Assembly: GCA_964035545.1 (NCBI GenBank)
Contig: OZ037768.1
Coordinates: forward strand, 19,327,700-19,391,699
Length of the DNA: 64,000 nt
Source: Bugula neritina
Taxonomy: Eukaryota; Animalia; Bryozoa
Direction of reading: 5' to 3'
Below, one piece after another: positions 22,832-36,835 of this stretch; the stretch's first letter is position 1; every line of letters starts with the position of its first letter. The notes beneath the pieces are model-generated. The model was not told the origin of the DNA, ran no database searches, and saw only the letters and a list, made by a program, of their open reading frames with translations. A program made the position numbers and the translations under genes.

Positions 22832-23715
22832 CCTGGTTGAAATCGGGGACAGTGTTTCTGGAAGCGTCCTGGTCTTCCGCACTCCCAGCAGGAGGGGTGT
22901 CCTCTACCAGGCAACTGTACCGGTGGCCCGTCAAGCTCACGGGTAGTGTCTAGCTGGCTGAGAGGGGCCAAGGCGGAGACCAGTTCGGCTAGCATGTCGG
23001 TCATTTGTGCGACCTTCGATGCCACCGTCATCTGCGTCACCTTGGCCACCGCTGGAGTTTCCGCGTTAAGAGCGGTAGGAGCAGCGGAGGGCTCCATGTC
23101 TACCTGACAAGAAGTCGCACGGTTCCGGTGCAGTTGACTCGCCAGGAGGTAAGCTTCCCCTTCTGCGAGCGCACCTTTGACCGTGGTGACTCCCCTCGCC
23201 AGGAGTTGGTGATGGAGTCCCAAGTCGTTGATGGATTGCACGAAGGCATCATAAGTGTACCTCTCACGGTTTACTTGAGGCAGATCGCGGAATGCGATCT
23301 GCGCCAGTCTCATGACCGTGGTAGCGTGCTCTTGTAGTGGCATGTGAGGATCACGCCGCAGTCTTTGGAGACGGGCCCGCGCATCTACAGCGGAGATACC
23401 AAAACGGGCCCGCAAGGAAGCAAAGATCCCGTCGATGTCCGGTCCCACTCCGTATGGCTTGGCTTTGTCTGACAGCGCCATCCTGAGCTTGAGCAATGCT
23501 ATTCTGGGTGGCCACTGTGCAACCTCCATTACATCTTGGAATTCCTGAACGAATTGCTCCACCGGCTCCTCACCTGAGAAGGTGGGCACCCTCAGCCGGT
23601 ACTTCTCTTCATAACATTCCCTATGCACTCTCACTTCTGGTTCTATAGGTATAGCAACGTTATCTTCCTCACCTTCATTCCTCCGAATGGATAGCTCTGT
23701 GCCTCTTTCTGTCAT
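22780..23715 (-). CDS. gag: Gag of element 2
   Basis: 311 aa, clearly homologous to 53260-54213 (PTFSGEE.VEQF, AQWPPR.ALLKLR, CWECG knuckle with His replaced by Arg). Confidence 0.9.
   Translation of the reverse strand: MTERGTELSIRRNEGEEDNVAIPIEPEVRVHRECYEEKYRLRVPTFSGEEPVEQFVQEFQDVMEVAQWPPRIALLKLRMALSDKAKPYGVGPDIDGIFASLRARFGISAVDARARLQRLRRDPHMPLQEHATTVMRLAQIAFRDLPQVNRERYTYDAFVQSINDLGLHHQLLARGVTTVKGALAEGEAYLLASQLHRNRATSCQVDMEPSAAPTALNAETPAVAKVTQMTVASKVAQMTDMLAELVSALAPLSQLDTTRELDGPPVQLPGRGHPSCWECGRPGRFQKHCPRFQPGLNYDGPRMLPHPAGRR
22788..22831 (-). promoter_or_regulatory. Putative -1 ribosomal frameshift signal of element 2
   Basis: G TTA AAC, 6-nt spacer, then stem GGCCCGC-GGATG..CATCC-G-GCGGGCC. 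The pro ORF is in the -1 frame. Confidence 0.75.
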
Positions 23716-26699
23716 CTTGATATACGCAAAGATCCCACCGCTGCCACCACTGTTGTGAGTTTTAGCACAATTATCAAGCGTGGATTGTATGCATATTTAG
23801 TGTCAATTTAACTAGCAATCACTAGTCTGGCTTGCGTACGATAACCTTTATTTAATTTGATAAACATAATTATAACACCACATCAAACTATTATACAACA
23901 CTGATCAATTACAAACACATGTTACTACTACGAGTCCCTGCTCTCAACAACACATGGTTTCTGCTGGCTAACCCGCGAACAGTCACTTGACCGGAACCTT
24001 GCCTTCCGGTCCCTCTGATTGGATAGTAGAACATAGTTATAAGTATTCCCATACAAGAGGGGACGACCCCATTATTATACTACGTAATCCTATTACACTA
24101 TAAAGGGGTACCCGGACAAGCATTATTAACTTAAACTCAGTACTTTTTTTAGCAGAGTTATGAACGCAACTTAACAATAGCCATAGATTTTAAGGTATTA
24201 GAAAGTTAGCTATAACTTAGCTATAACTACAGTACTTAGAAAAATAGCCATAAGCGATGTGTCAAGGGAGATAAATCTGATATTTACCACAGTATCCAAG
24301 CTTTCACTCAACACTTGGTGCTAAAAGTATAATAAACAAAGAACTTTAAATCAAGCTTTTTCCAAAAGAAAATGTTGAAATTTTTTATTGTCAGGTTTAA
24401 ATTACAAACATAGATATGAGCTCACAATTGGACATGTTTAAACTAAGCATATTGGGAATTTATTGATAGTTTATATAAATTAATAGACCCTTTTCCAATG
24501 CTCCTTATTGCCAATAAATTTGCAATTAGGAGTTGTGCTCATTTTTAGAAATATAGTACCTATTAGAATCAGTTGGTAGTACTCCTACCAAACTATTATA
24601 AACTTAACTTACTTCCTTTCAATAACTTACTGATAGCTCTATATAATTATGCAAACCCAACGAGGTAAGCCAATATCATATGCATTTTATAGTACCTAAA
24701 TTCCTGCTTTTAGAGTAACTACGCTTCTGGGAAACTGATTTTTGTGATCATATTACTTTTATAATGTTTAGCAAATTTATACAAGCACATTATTTATATA
24801 ACTGACTTTTATATTATTTAGCTTTTACCAGCAGGTGTAAAAATAAAACTGATAGAAAGTACAACTTCTGTGTCTGAAAATTTTGGCTCATACTTTTCGG
24901 GCCAGCTACACTTTTATCAGAGATAAAACTTAAAGCATGACATGTCAAGGGAATTTGTTGTACAAGTACAATAATTGAAATTTAGACATTGCTTGTTAGC
25001 CTCTCAATTTTTTGATAAAAATAAAGAATTGCAGGTTTTGAATCTTAAAATGACACTGTTGGAAAAGACTTTTAAATAAATATTATAAAAGAGACAACAA
25101 AATAGTTTATCAGAACGCTTAGAAGGCAGCCAACAGTATCAACTCAGCCAGTCAATAACCTACTCCAATATTACAAAATGATTTATATCACAATGCCCTT
25201 TACCATACAAGAGTGTCCTTTATAAAGTATATTAGATCTAGTTAGGTTTACACTCAATGATTACAGGTGTTACTTAAAAAACTTCTAAATAAACAAAAAC
25301 AGAAAATAACATAACCCTCACAATTATTTTGTCAATAAAGTGTAAGCTATGTGCAGTTTGGAATATAATGTGGTTCATCTCTATAAAAGGGAGGGCATGG
25401 AACATAATGTGGGTTTATTATAGTATTTATCAGATTATCTACAAGCTAACCTGAGGTGATTGCATGGCTACTGCCCTACAATAGCATTCGGATTTTCTAC
25501 CAGCTTGTACAGCTTGGATATTGGCTATTGGCTTGGTAAAAGTAAAGACTGCATGAGGGACTCTTATTCTGACTGTCAAGTAAGTTGAACGTGATATTAC
25601 ACAGCTAACTTCAAACCAAATGGCAGCTATGAGAAAAATGAGTACAGCCAACTTTCTCTCTTTACTTCTTTATAAGCTGCATGAACTCATGTCATAAAAA
25701 CGCAGTTAATTTAGTCAAAAATCTATTGCCAAACCCATTTCACTAAAATATTTCACAAAAAGATATTGTGGAACGGCTTTCACAAAGACGCTTTCATTTT
25801 AATCATTATAGCAACAAGCTATTGTCAGAGTATTAATCAAGCTATTAACATATTAACAATTACCATTATATTTTAGTTTTGTTTGCAAATTGGTATTTTT
25901 CATAAGGGAGATTGCAATTGGCATCTCTCCTAAGGCAATTTGACGTTATTGCTAGGAGAATTGCCAATTCTTTTAGAACAGTTTCGAATTCTTCTAGGAG
26001 AGATTGCAATTGGCATCTCTGCTAGGAGAGATACTATATACTGTACTCAGCAAATATGTTTTTGTTATTGTAATTATCTTATATTCACTACAGTGATTTA
26101 CGCAATCCAATAAATGAGTGTTTTAGCAACTTTTTTCTACCATGCAGTGTTTTGTTTATATATCAAAGAATAGCAAATTAATGGCAAATAAAGTGTGTTG
26201 TTTTAGTAGAAAGACAATTATTTTATTGTGTTTTAAGTTTATTAGATTTTTTTAGTATAGAAGCACAAAAGTTTCAGTTTGGAGACCAATTTGGAAAATG
26301 ATTTTTTTCCTAACTTAAATTCATAAATTTTGATGATAGTTATTGCATGTAAGCCTGTGCTATATAATTATTTATGTGGTTGTCAATCCTTTTGAGCAGC
26401 TAGAAGAGTAACAGCAATGATTAAGATAAAATTGTTCACTAATGTAGGTGCTTGTTTCAAACAGCACTTTATGCTTTGAGCCAATGAGGTTCATTATTAG
26501 TCAATTAGAGACCGTCTATTTAGAAAAAGAATACTTTGTTTTTGAATGTTCAAACGAGGCCTTGTCAACAGTTATATTTCTTTGGAAAAAACAATGCTTT
26601 TGTCACATGTGAAAATCAACAGTATAACATATCAGCAAGCTTTACAACTCCGATCATTATTTTGCAGTGAGATACACTGGTGTATAATTCCATCGTTTT

Positions 26700-27046
26700 T
26701 TTATTCTTTGTTTTAAAATAAAGTTGTTTTTTTCTCAATCAACCCAATATTATTAGTGACAAATTGTCTATAACCACTATTCACCCTCCAGCAAGAATCT
26801 GCAGTGTATCTTGTCCCAACTGAAATAGAAATAGGAAATAAATTAAACTGGACTTTTTATGAAAGAGTTACCGGTAAATTGATAACATCAAAAAGTCATA
26901 AATACAGTTCCAGCAAAACATTTAAGTTTATTTACAATTAACAATAAGGTGAACTGTTCAAAAAAGAAAGTTTAAAAAAGAAATTCTACATAACTGTTTC
27001 CTTGAAGTTTATTTACTATTATAGCGCAAATGCATGCTTTCAACAT

Positions 27047-27104
<58 letters not shown>

Positions 27105-27820
27105 TATTCTATAACATCTATCAACTCTACACAAAATATATAATTGTATTTTATTTTATACTCCGAAACATTGTTTTACATAAAATTTCAATAGACTACC
27201 CAAGTATTCTTCTAGCTCATGAGTGTCGGCAGGTTAACAGCAGTACTTTTTTTTATCTAAGTACTAAATTTTTGGTAGCACAATACTCGAATAAGCACAC
27301 CAGCACATATATGTATTTTGTATAATCTCGATTCCTTGAACATTTTTTATTTTGCACAGAGTTTAAGGTTCCCGTCAAAATTTTGTTTAGTTCTTGTTCA
27401 TCTACTATGTTACCTCTACGCTGAAATGATGCTTTACTGTTTGTGTATCTCAATTTAAGCCAATAATTCAGTGTTATAGCTGTTGGTAGTTTCTATAACT
27501 GTATAGTATAGCATAGTATAGTTTGCACTGACTTGGCAATTCACTTTCAATGAACAGTTTACCTTAAGCTTCTGCAGTTGCTTTCTTTATTGTTGATTCA
27601 ATTACTTGTTGCTTTTGTACTGGGATGTTTTTATTGTTGTCTTTTATCTGATTTATATTGGGCATGCAACTATACCCTACTTTTAAATTATTTTGTTGAT
27701 GATTTTATGAATTAAGTGTTATTTTATAATTTTTTCATCTATATTTTCAAAAAAATGTTTCAGCTAGTTTTTTAGTTACATGTTGGCTGAAATTGGAGGA
27801 TAGTTTCATTGTATTTGTTT
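26700..27820 (+). pseudogene. Dead FReD remnant: exon-1 copy plus last-intron-like fragment
   Basis: Copy of exon 4106-4256 (..TLQQESAVYL..NWTFYERVT|gtaaat) that lacks the ATG and has an in-frame TAA. No downstream coding exons seen. Confidence 0.65.
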
Positions 27821-28734
27821 GGTATATACATATAAGTATAAGTTTTTAGCTTTTGTGATAAAGCCCATGCTACTATTGTTAAAAAACTGGAAGCTCATAT
27901 TTATGTGTCGGCTTGTTCAAACTGCAATATATAGTCAGAAACAAGACTATATACACTCTATATTAACTGTGCTCTTAGCTGTAAATAGCAAATTCTTTAT
28001 CATTAACATCTATAAGCCATTGCAGTAACCATCTAACTTATTATGCATATTTGAAATTTTTTACACAAAGGCCAAGGTCTAGGCTAGTACAAAAATACTT
28101 ATGATATAGACTGAATACATGCCATACACTGGCTTCACACTCGACTAATAATTAATTGACATACAATTATTAAATTGAAAATTTTAAATTTTTTTAAAAA
28201 AAGAGTTTATTAATTGATAAAGTTGTTGAAAATAGCAATGAGACAATTTGAGACTATCAAAGATTTTAATTGTAGTTCAAGCATGATGTATGCACTTTAG
28301 CCATATGGTTGACTTTAGGCAGTCATTCATAAGCTAAGCTATACATCTTTTTCTATTGGCAGTTTTACTCCCTTATTAACTATAATAAATTTTTAAACAT
28401 TTTATTCTCCATGTAAAAACACAAATTATCATGCAAATAATTATATTGTGTCGGCAATGCTGCTTTAAATATAGCAGAAAGGAAGTTTGTAGATATATAG
28501 ATGCTAATTTGAACTGCACATGGGCTTCACAGCAAAAAGCTCTTCTAATATATAGATGTGTTATAGTAGTTCATAGTAAAACACGGCTATATGCATGATT
28601 GCTTGGAAGATCTGCAGTGGCATTCTACTGAAGTTAACATTCGGTTCATATAGGAGTAGGTGTAAAGTTAACTCTCTGAAAGGAGATTGTCACAACCTGG
28701 GACCAGCACCCGTAAGTGATCAAGTTGTGACAAT

Positions 28735-28900
<166 letters not shown>

Positions 28901-29713
28901 TTTTAAAACAATAAGCAGGAAATTGCTAGATCAAGGTTTTGATTTTCAAAAATTAGTTTTTTACAAGTCATCGTGGTCACTGAGAGCCCCACAATAAATA
29001 GTAACCTTTCACATAGCTGACAAACAACCATCATAAACAAATAGATCTATTGATATTGTAAATAAATATACATATATATTATATATGTATAGTGCATTGA
29101 CTGCAATTGATTGTATGCCAGAACTTCCTTTGATAAATTAAAAATTCTTTCAGAATGTACACTGCACTATAATATGATACACATTATTCAAAATATATAT
29201 ATCAAGCTGGTCTGGCTGCTATAATTTCTAGTAAGTAAAATATGTCAAAAACACTTACAGGACTTATTAGAAAATAATAATAGTCTTTCATCATTTTATT
29301 AAAAATTACCAATAAATGTCTAAACATCCAACCAGGTATTTGGGAGCATAGTTATAGCAACCATATTATCATTATGATAGTATATACACTATTTTATATT
29401 AGTATAATTGTTGTTTACTCAAGTAATATGAAATTGAGATTAATATCTCCCTCAGTTCAATTATATTTAAAAATAGCTGCCACCCTATATATATACTTTA
29501 TTATGTCATACATAGAGTGATAACTTTTGAATTTTTAATCATTCAAATTGTTACTTTAAAAATAAACACAGTGGTGCCCGAATTATAAGTTTGCTTTGTT
29601 TATTAAAGTGATAAATAAAGTTTCTCATATACCTATTCATAATTACATTGCTAGCTCAGAAAGATATATTTCGATCATATACATGTATATTATAATTAGA
29701 ACATGTAAAATAT

Positions 29714-29785
29714 TTGCCCCTAATGAAATTCAAACTGCAGATATCTGGTTTGCAAGCTTGTGTGCTACCATTGCACCAGCATGAC
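29714..29785 (-). repeat. Degenerate tRNA-like repeat module
   Basis: Minus strand TGGTGCAATGGTAGCACACAAGCTTGCAAACCAG..GTTTGAATT. Confidence 0.45.
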
Positions 29786-30511
29786 AGAACTATATAACTA
29801 GAAAATTGATATTGTCAATGAACATTATAGAAGATAAACAAGCTGCACTTCCATATAATTTTATATTAATGTAAAACACTGCTTATAGGTCTCTTGTTAT
29901 GTCATTGCTTTATAATGAGTGTCATATCTATTCTTCCAAGGTGTTAATTGGTCAGTTTTGTAACTTTGACAACTGAACTGCAGCTAATTGTTAGCCTCAT
30001 AATATAACAGAAATTTTCATTCAATAATTTTATTTCAATCAACAAAAAATATATGTTTTAAAAGTTACTTCCGCAATTGTTTTAGAAATATTATTATAAA
30101 TGTTCAGTTTTATTTGTTTTCATGATAACGCCAGGTTCACATATCCAAGACTAAATAACTAAGCTTAGAAGATTACAAACATATTATACTGATGCTCCGC
30201 GCAAAAAAATATAAACTAAAACTACAAACAATAGAAAAGATATCATTAATCTGAGTAAATAATCAAGCGCATGAAACACTAAAAATAAAGGTAAAAAAAT
30301 TTGAAAAAGCTTTCTAGCTTACTTTGCTGTAATACAAGCCAGTTTGATAAATCATTTGCAGTGGCTATAGTTTAGGTACAAGAAAAACCACTTAAGTTTA
30401 AAACTAGCTGGAAAATAGCGCATTAGTTACTGAAAATTTACTGTTTATAAGACTAAAAATTACAACACTGGACAAAATTTTCCTGGTACAATTTTTATCA
30501 GCAAAACACAA

Positions 30512-31345
30512 TTATCTAGTAACTTTCATAGCTGTAGCTTTCAATGAATAACGTTGTCCTCTCCAACCTTTCCATACAACACCCTTACCATGAGGTGCAT
30601 TGTCTACATCCAATGGACTTCCTGGATACCAGACACCATTCAGGTTAGATAAATGACAATCTCCATACCACCAGGCTCCTGAAATATCATTGAACTGTCA
30701 AATTTACTGGCTCTAAACCTCTAGCAAATATGTTATTCAAAAGTCTAATCATGTCTCGCATCACCCATTGTCTACCTATTATTTTTACTTGTAGGCTATC
30801 TATGTCAGTGATAAAAAGGCTATCCAAAAGATGTTCAAAGATTGCTCAAAACTTGGGATTGAGTATTCAAACATTGATTTGCACATTCAGAAATGCACTA
30901 AAACACTTGCCATCAAATATATAATAGACGATGATCATTTTATCAATAACATTCTGAGTCAATGCTTCTCAGGAAGATATCAAACCATCAAATATAGAGG
31001 GGCATGGGGCAGAGATAGCTTTTCGCGACATTTTGTATAAATACTTTAAATGAGCTTCTATTTTAAATAATCCAACAGAGTTTTGACTTTTTTTCTTTTA
31101 TTTCCTTTCATGCCTACTTATTTTATAGCCAGTATTTACACTGAATTTCGCAACGTGTTGTCATGTTTGTGATTATTGCAATAAATAAATAAATCAATCA
31201 ATCAATCTAGCTATTATGTCACGAATTGAAGTTTCGGGACCGTTAACTTAGTGAAATATGAAGGGAGCACTATATATATATACACATATATATGAAAAAT
31301 AATAATAACTAAAAATAATAAAATATATAAAATAATATATATAAA

Positions 31346-31380
<35 letters not shown>

Positions 31381-31396
31381 CATATATATATAGGCC

Positions 31397-31464
<68 letters not shown>

Positions 31465-33721
31465 GTGTGCTACTTGCAGGAGTTAGCTACTCGTTAAAAT
31501 TATATAGCAAATGTCCATCACCTGTATAAGTTTGAGCACAACTACCAGAATTTTTATCATCATTATCCATATCTTTAGTACTAAACTGACGCCCAGAAGA
31601 TGACAAAGATCTTCCTGCATCTCCACTGTATCCTGAGAACTAAAATGTTAAACATTTCATATCTATACTGCTTTACATAAATACAATTATATTTGTGTTT
31701 ATAACTGTGGATGTAAAAGCTGCGAGATATGTTATTCATTATTTGTTACTAGATGCTGAAATATATGAAATCAATAACATTATTTTCATTAATTCAAATT
31801 ACCAATAGCTCACTGATTATTTAACAAATAGAGTTAGCTTAGCTTGTAATGAAGAAATTGCAAAGGTTATGTGACTTTAATTAGAATTTTATGCATAGGA
31901 AGTTTTGTTTTTGTAAGAATCTAAATCTATGTCAAAACATTAAAATTTATTTAAAGATAATTGTAGAACTCAAGCTATTAAATTCACCCCACTACTTCAC
32001 TTAAATTAAAAATGACATAAGGGTTTTCTCATTTATTACAATGGAAAAACGTTCTCTTACAGTCAAGGTATAATTGGTTGAGCTGTCACTAATGTAGAAA
32101 GTGGAATAGTTAGCATGTCTCACTTCTCCCACATGATCTTCCAGATAAATACTCAACTTTCTGTTGGTTTGTGTCAAGTAGTTGATGTACTCCAAACCTT
32201 AATCAAACAACCAGTGTTATTGAACTAATGGCATGTAAAAAAAGCTAAAGTCAGGAGGTACATGAGTTTAGGAGGTTTTAATAAATCAATGGCTATATTG
32301 ATGCGCTTTAATGATTTTTCAGCTCCAGATTTTACTGAAGATGATTATTCTTGCTTTTTTATCAGTCAGCGCTATTAATCTTTCAAGACAATTTAAGATG
32401 AAAAATGTGCGGTATTTCCCAACTTATATTTCTGAAACTAACCCAGCCAGTATTCTCCTGACAAGTTACCAAATCCAGCCACATAATCATCCCAACCTCT
32501 GTAGAAGTCAACAGAACCATCCAGTCTTCTCTGTATTACAGTCCAGCCATGTTCACTGTCAAACTCACAGTATACATCAAACTCCATAGAAGTATCTGGA
32601 TCTCTCAGTGTGTAGATTCCAGTGACTTGAACACCACACTCAAATGCTTCTTGACAATCTGATGAGAAAATGCAAAAATACTTGTAGTTATGTTGTGAGA
32701 AGTCTGTTACGTAACGCTTGTGACAAAGTCATATAACAATACAAATACTCATTAAAATGATAATATTATAGCACAGTATTGTCAATATGCTACTTATGAA
32801 ATATAGGGCAGAACTATGAAAAATGTATTGTGTATATATTATTGTGAACAGTAACCTTTGTATTTGTTGGTGGTTTTATGTTTTTTCATGTAGACTACGT
32901 CTTGTTTATTATTCAGCGTGTTAATTTCAAGAGAACAGCTTGAAAAGAGTTGACATTCTTGCAAAGAAGCATTATACAGAGTAGAAGCACAGTTTCCATC
33001 TTCCAAACAGACGATGGAGCAAACAGGTAAAGAGGAAATGCCCGTAAACAGGCATTTAGCAAAAAATGACTCTTTCTCAAAAAGACTCATTATTGATGTA
33101 ACTAGAAAATTATTGTTCATAAAAGTGAATAATTGCTAGTAAGTTCAAATAAATGGCAATCAATACAAGAAAAAACTAAAATAATAAAAATTAATAATAA
33201 GTTATATTTGTTCAAGTGGTTACAAGAACATATGAAAAAAAAACTTATTTTCCACCGTCTCCTACTTTCAGTATTCTGTAAAAGAGTATTGTAATACTTA
33301 TACTGCTCTATATACAATATTTTAATCTTTCAAATTGTTGCGCTTCATCATATGGGTTGCTCCTACAGTCTACCTAACGCATAGGCAACTATAAAAAGAA
33401 GATATGACGTGTTTTGATACATGTGTGTGTGCGTGTGTGTGCGTATGTGCGTGCGTGGTTGAATATTTCAGACGGTTGCTCAGCTATGTTCAAAGTCATA
33501 ATATTTTTATACATGACCGCTAAAGTATAGTATATAGTATATTTATATATTTATAGTATACTTATATACTTGCTGTTTACATTACCTCTAACCTTTCTGT
33601 AAGGCTCCTCTCTTGTATCTATCCCTCTAGTAAGGTGATAGACACCAAAGTCTTGTTGAATTGTGCCCTGAGATAAACATATCACCAACAAAGCTTGGCT
33701 AACTTTTACCAAAGAATGCAT
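30512..33721 (-). CDS. PAN/apple + FReD gene, copy 4 (PAN-exon acceptor mutated)
   Basis: Exons 33721-33586, 33041-32856 (acceptor reads GG), 32658-32443, 32197-32061, 31639-31522, 30678-30512. All are open and have the same phases as copy 2. Confidence 0.82.
30711..31208 (+). mobile_element. 5'-truncated LINE, 3' end of ORF2 (CR1/L2-group-like)
   Basis: [33 protein letters not shown] across two frames, then a 3' UTR and an (AATA/AATC)n tail. Absent from the copy-5 intron. Confidence 0.65.
31330..31458. repeat. (TA)n microsatellite
   Basis: Imperfect TA array; similar arrays at 27050-27096 and 35982-36128. Confidence 0.95.
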
Positions 33722-34339
33722 AATTAAGAATAACACAGTTTTTTTTAATAATTGAGAATAATACAGTGTTCTTGCTGTGTGTTATTAGGTCCAAATTTTA
33801 CAACCCAACATTATAATTGATTTAAGCTTTTCGCTATTAATGTTGTACAATATAGTTCTTTGCCAGGAAAAGTAACATCGATGAAAGTCAAACATTTCAA
33901 TTTCCTGAAAGGCTTTGCCTGTTACTTAAGCAACACAACAGATCAAAACTTACAAAGTTGCAGAAACATTGAAACTTGGCTATATTTAGATTGAGATATT
34001 GATCATCTGTTTTTATGTATAGGTTTTTGATGCTTTTTGAAATAACATACGTGTTTGTAATTTTACATGAGCTTGGAGATGTTAATGTAAACATAGTACT
34101 ATGAATAATATTTGTTCAATACAACCATACATAATATATGTTACGTCTGCCTAATATTTATATATTATATGTTATATTATTGAGTTTTTTGTTATTGATT
34201 TTGCTGCAATAACATATCTGATATGTCATTTCAATGCTCAAAGCTAATATATTAATTATATTACTGTTTTTCTTATTATTTCAAAATTAAATTTAAATAT
34301 TAGTTATTTGCTGTCTTTTATTTGTTTGTATGAAATCCA

Positions 34340-34470
34340 GCTAGACTCTTGTTCAATGTCTATCCTTCTTGTAAGATGGTAGACACCAGATTATTGTTGA
34401 AATGTGCTCAGAAATAAACATATCACCAACAAAAATTTTTTCATCACCAAAGAATGCATAATTGAAAATG
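34340..34470 (-). pseudogene. Duplicated dead leader exon of FReD copy 4
   Basis: MHSLVMKKFLLVICLFLSTFQQ*SGVYHLTRRID, a copy of 33586-33721 with an in-frame TAA. Confidence 0.65.
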
Positions 34471-35976
34471 ATGAAAGAAGAGATTGTATTTTTAATCCAG
34501 TTTGTTTGCTGTTTGTTTTTTACAATCCAACAAATAACTTTAAATAATTGCAATTATCATTATAATTATTGAAATAGTATTATACAATGTTGCTATTTAC
34601 CATGACCAATAATCCAAATTTAAATTTTCTCTTAGCAGGATATTGCTATTTCCTGGCAGTTGGTTTGTATATTTGCAAGCAGCGCAAGATATCAAACAAT
34701 CACTCTGCTACAGAAATATCTAAACAAAGCTTTATATAAGTTATGATTAACAGAAATGCATAATTTGAAATTATGATAGAATAGTTTGTATTTTTGCCTC
34801 ATTTTACTGCTGCGCAGAATTAAGGCTTAGCTTTCACAATGCAACAGTCATTACTGAATAATGATTTTCTCATCGTGAATATAATGTGCCATATATAGGT
34901 TGCATTGTATTATAGAAGATAATAGCTGAAAAACGATTTAATCATCTGTTTACTTTAGGGCGCTTTCGGAATCCCTAAATGTAGGGGTAAATGTAGGCCC
35001 TACTATATCTTCTTTTACATGCTTTCTATCATTTAACCATGCATTTCTGCAAAAAAATAATGGTCTGTCAGAAAATAAAACCATATCATCCAACAAAGGT
35101 ATGGATGCATGCAGAAATATACAAATATATTACAACTTTTATCCTAATCAGTGCTGAGTTTGAAATGCTGTGAGTTGTTTATAAAAGCTTTCTATTTGAA
35201 ACATCTTTACAATTCGTGCATTGGCTTATTTTAAGTTATTAATAAATTTAAACATAAGATTAAATCATCATTACCCTAGAAATTCACTTTTACATTGAGG
35301 TTTTATTGCTTTGACCATCTAAACCTGTTTGCAATAACAACCTATTCAAATGTAAAAAAAATGTTGCTTATGTTACTCTACATATATTTGAAAAAATCAT
35401 CTCTTTCCCATGCTAGCTGCTCTACAATTGAAGGAGTTGTCCCTCTCGTGTTTTCCCACCTTTTGAAGAGTTGTCTCTCTAATGTTATTATACATTTTAA
35501 AGAGTTGTTTCTCCCATGTTGCTCTACATGTAAAGGAGTTGTCTCTCTCTAAATTTGAAAAAGTAAATATCAAACTTTTTATAAGTAAGTTTACAAAATA
35601 GTTATTTCAATTGTTTGATTTTAGCAAGCATTCATCTACATATAATGCATTTATCTTTTATTCAAAATGAGTGTTTCTAAAAACATTTAATCTTTACTTT
35701 GTTTCTTCTTTGTATAGGCTTTCTAGTTATAAGGAACTTTTATAACTTTGTTAAAACTTGGTTAAAAAGTTTGAATTTTAATTAACCAAGTCAAAAAATT
35801 AAATGTTAATCTTTGAAACATGCAACTGGTAAAATCTAATGAATTTTACATATGAATTTAGTTGTAGCCCGTTTCATAGAGTTATGCAAAACATAGGAAT
35901 CACTCTAAGTTCAAGCAAATCTTTCTTGTCACAACTATATTAGGGTTTCCAGTTGTAGGTATCGCAATATTAAAAC

Positions 35977-36092
<116 letters not shown>

Positions 36093-36319
36093 GTATGTAT
36101 ATATATATGTATATATATATATATATATGCTATAGTCATACCTAATATTATATATTTATATAGATTCAGTTATATTTGCTACATAATCTTAAAGCATCGT
36201 TGATGCTTGCTGGGCTTATATATTTCAATTGTATAACCTATATTATAGTCAATGGTGATATTTGAGCTCAAATGATGAACCACTGTTCAATATTAATCAT
36301 TTCGAAACAGATTAGGCGT

Positions 36320-36835
36320 GGCAGGTTTTTGCTTGATACCAAGTTCTACCAGACTCCTCCATCGAACTCCATCTTCTGCATCTGTACTGCATCTAGATCA
36401 AGCCATCTAAGGTCTGAGTTTATTGTTTCACAAGCTCTTTGCTTTGGTCTACCACTAGGTCGAATTTCCTCAAGTGTCATCCCTGACACTTTTCCCGATG
36501 TCGTCTTCATGACTAATTCTCTTCATCTAACACGCCCATACCACGGCATTTGTTTCCTCCTCATCAGCTCTTTAATCAGCATCACTCTGGCAGCTGCTGT
36601 TATTTTCTCATTTTGCTTATAATTCTTTCAACTGATATTCAAGCAGTATCGCAACATGCGAATCTCACAGGATGACATCTTATCAGCCAGAGATTGTGTG
36701 ATAGGCCGTGTCCTATTTTCATATATAGCAGAGCTGGTTTGATAGATATTTTATAAACCAGTATTTTCAGTTTTGCAGGAGTTTTCTTGTCACAGAGCAC
36801 ACTAGTTAGTTTTCTCTGCTTATTCCAAGCCTTGG
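36320..36835 (-). mobile_element. RTE-clade LINE 3' fragment, decayed
   Basis: KAWNKQRKLTSVLCDKKTPAKLKILVYK..KPALLY, then EIRMLR, WYGRV, RPSGRPK in shifted frames. Confidence 0.75.

Larger units (their letters stand above)
18882..24097 (-). mobile_element. Internally deleted, non-autonomous Ty3/Gypsy element 2
   Basis: 347-bp TG..CA LTRs 18882-19228 and 23751-24097 with about 6 differences; 4-bp TSD CTAT; PBS TGGTGGCAGCGGTGGGAT (tRNA-Leu type). Gag, protease and IN-HHCC remnants and ORF3 are present; no RT, RNase H or IN core. Confidence 0.95.
18075..24291 (-). mobile_element. Probable ~1 kb solo LTR or TG..CA element hosting LTR element 2
   Basis: Termini TGTAGTA...TACCACA, imperfect 4-bp TSD ATAT/GTAT, absent at the paralogous site (~3820). 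Minus-strand TATAAAA (~18244) and AATAAA (~18173). Confidence 0.45.

Noticed and set aside
20776-23337. Plus-strand ORFs inside element 2, and similar ones in elements 1 and 3
   Set aside because: Antisense to GC-rich gag/pol, with no motifs and no conservation between the related elements.
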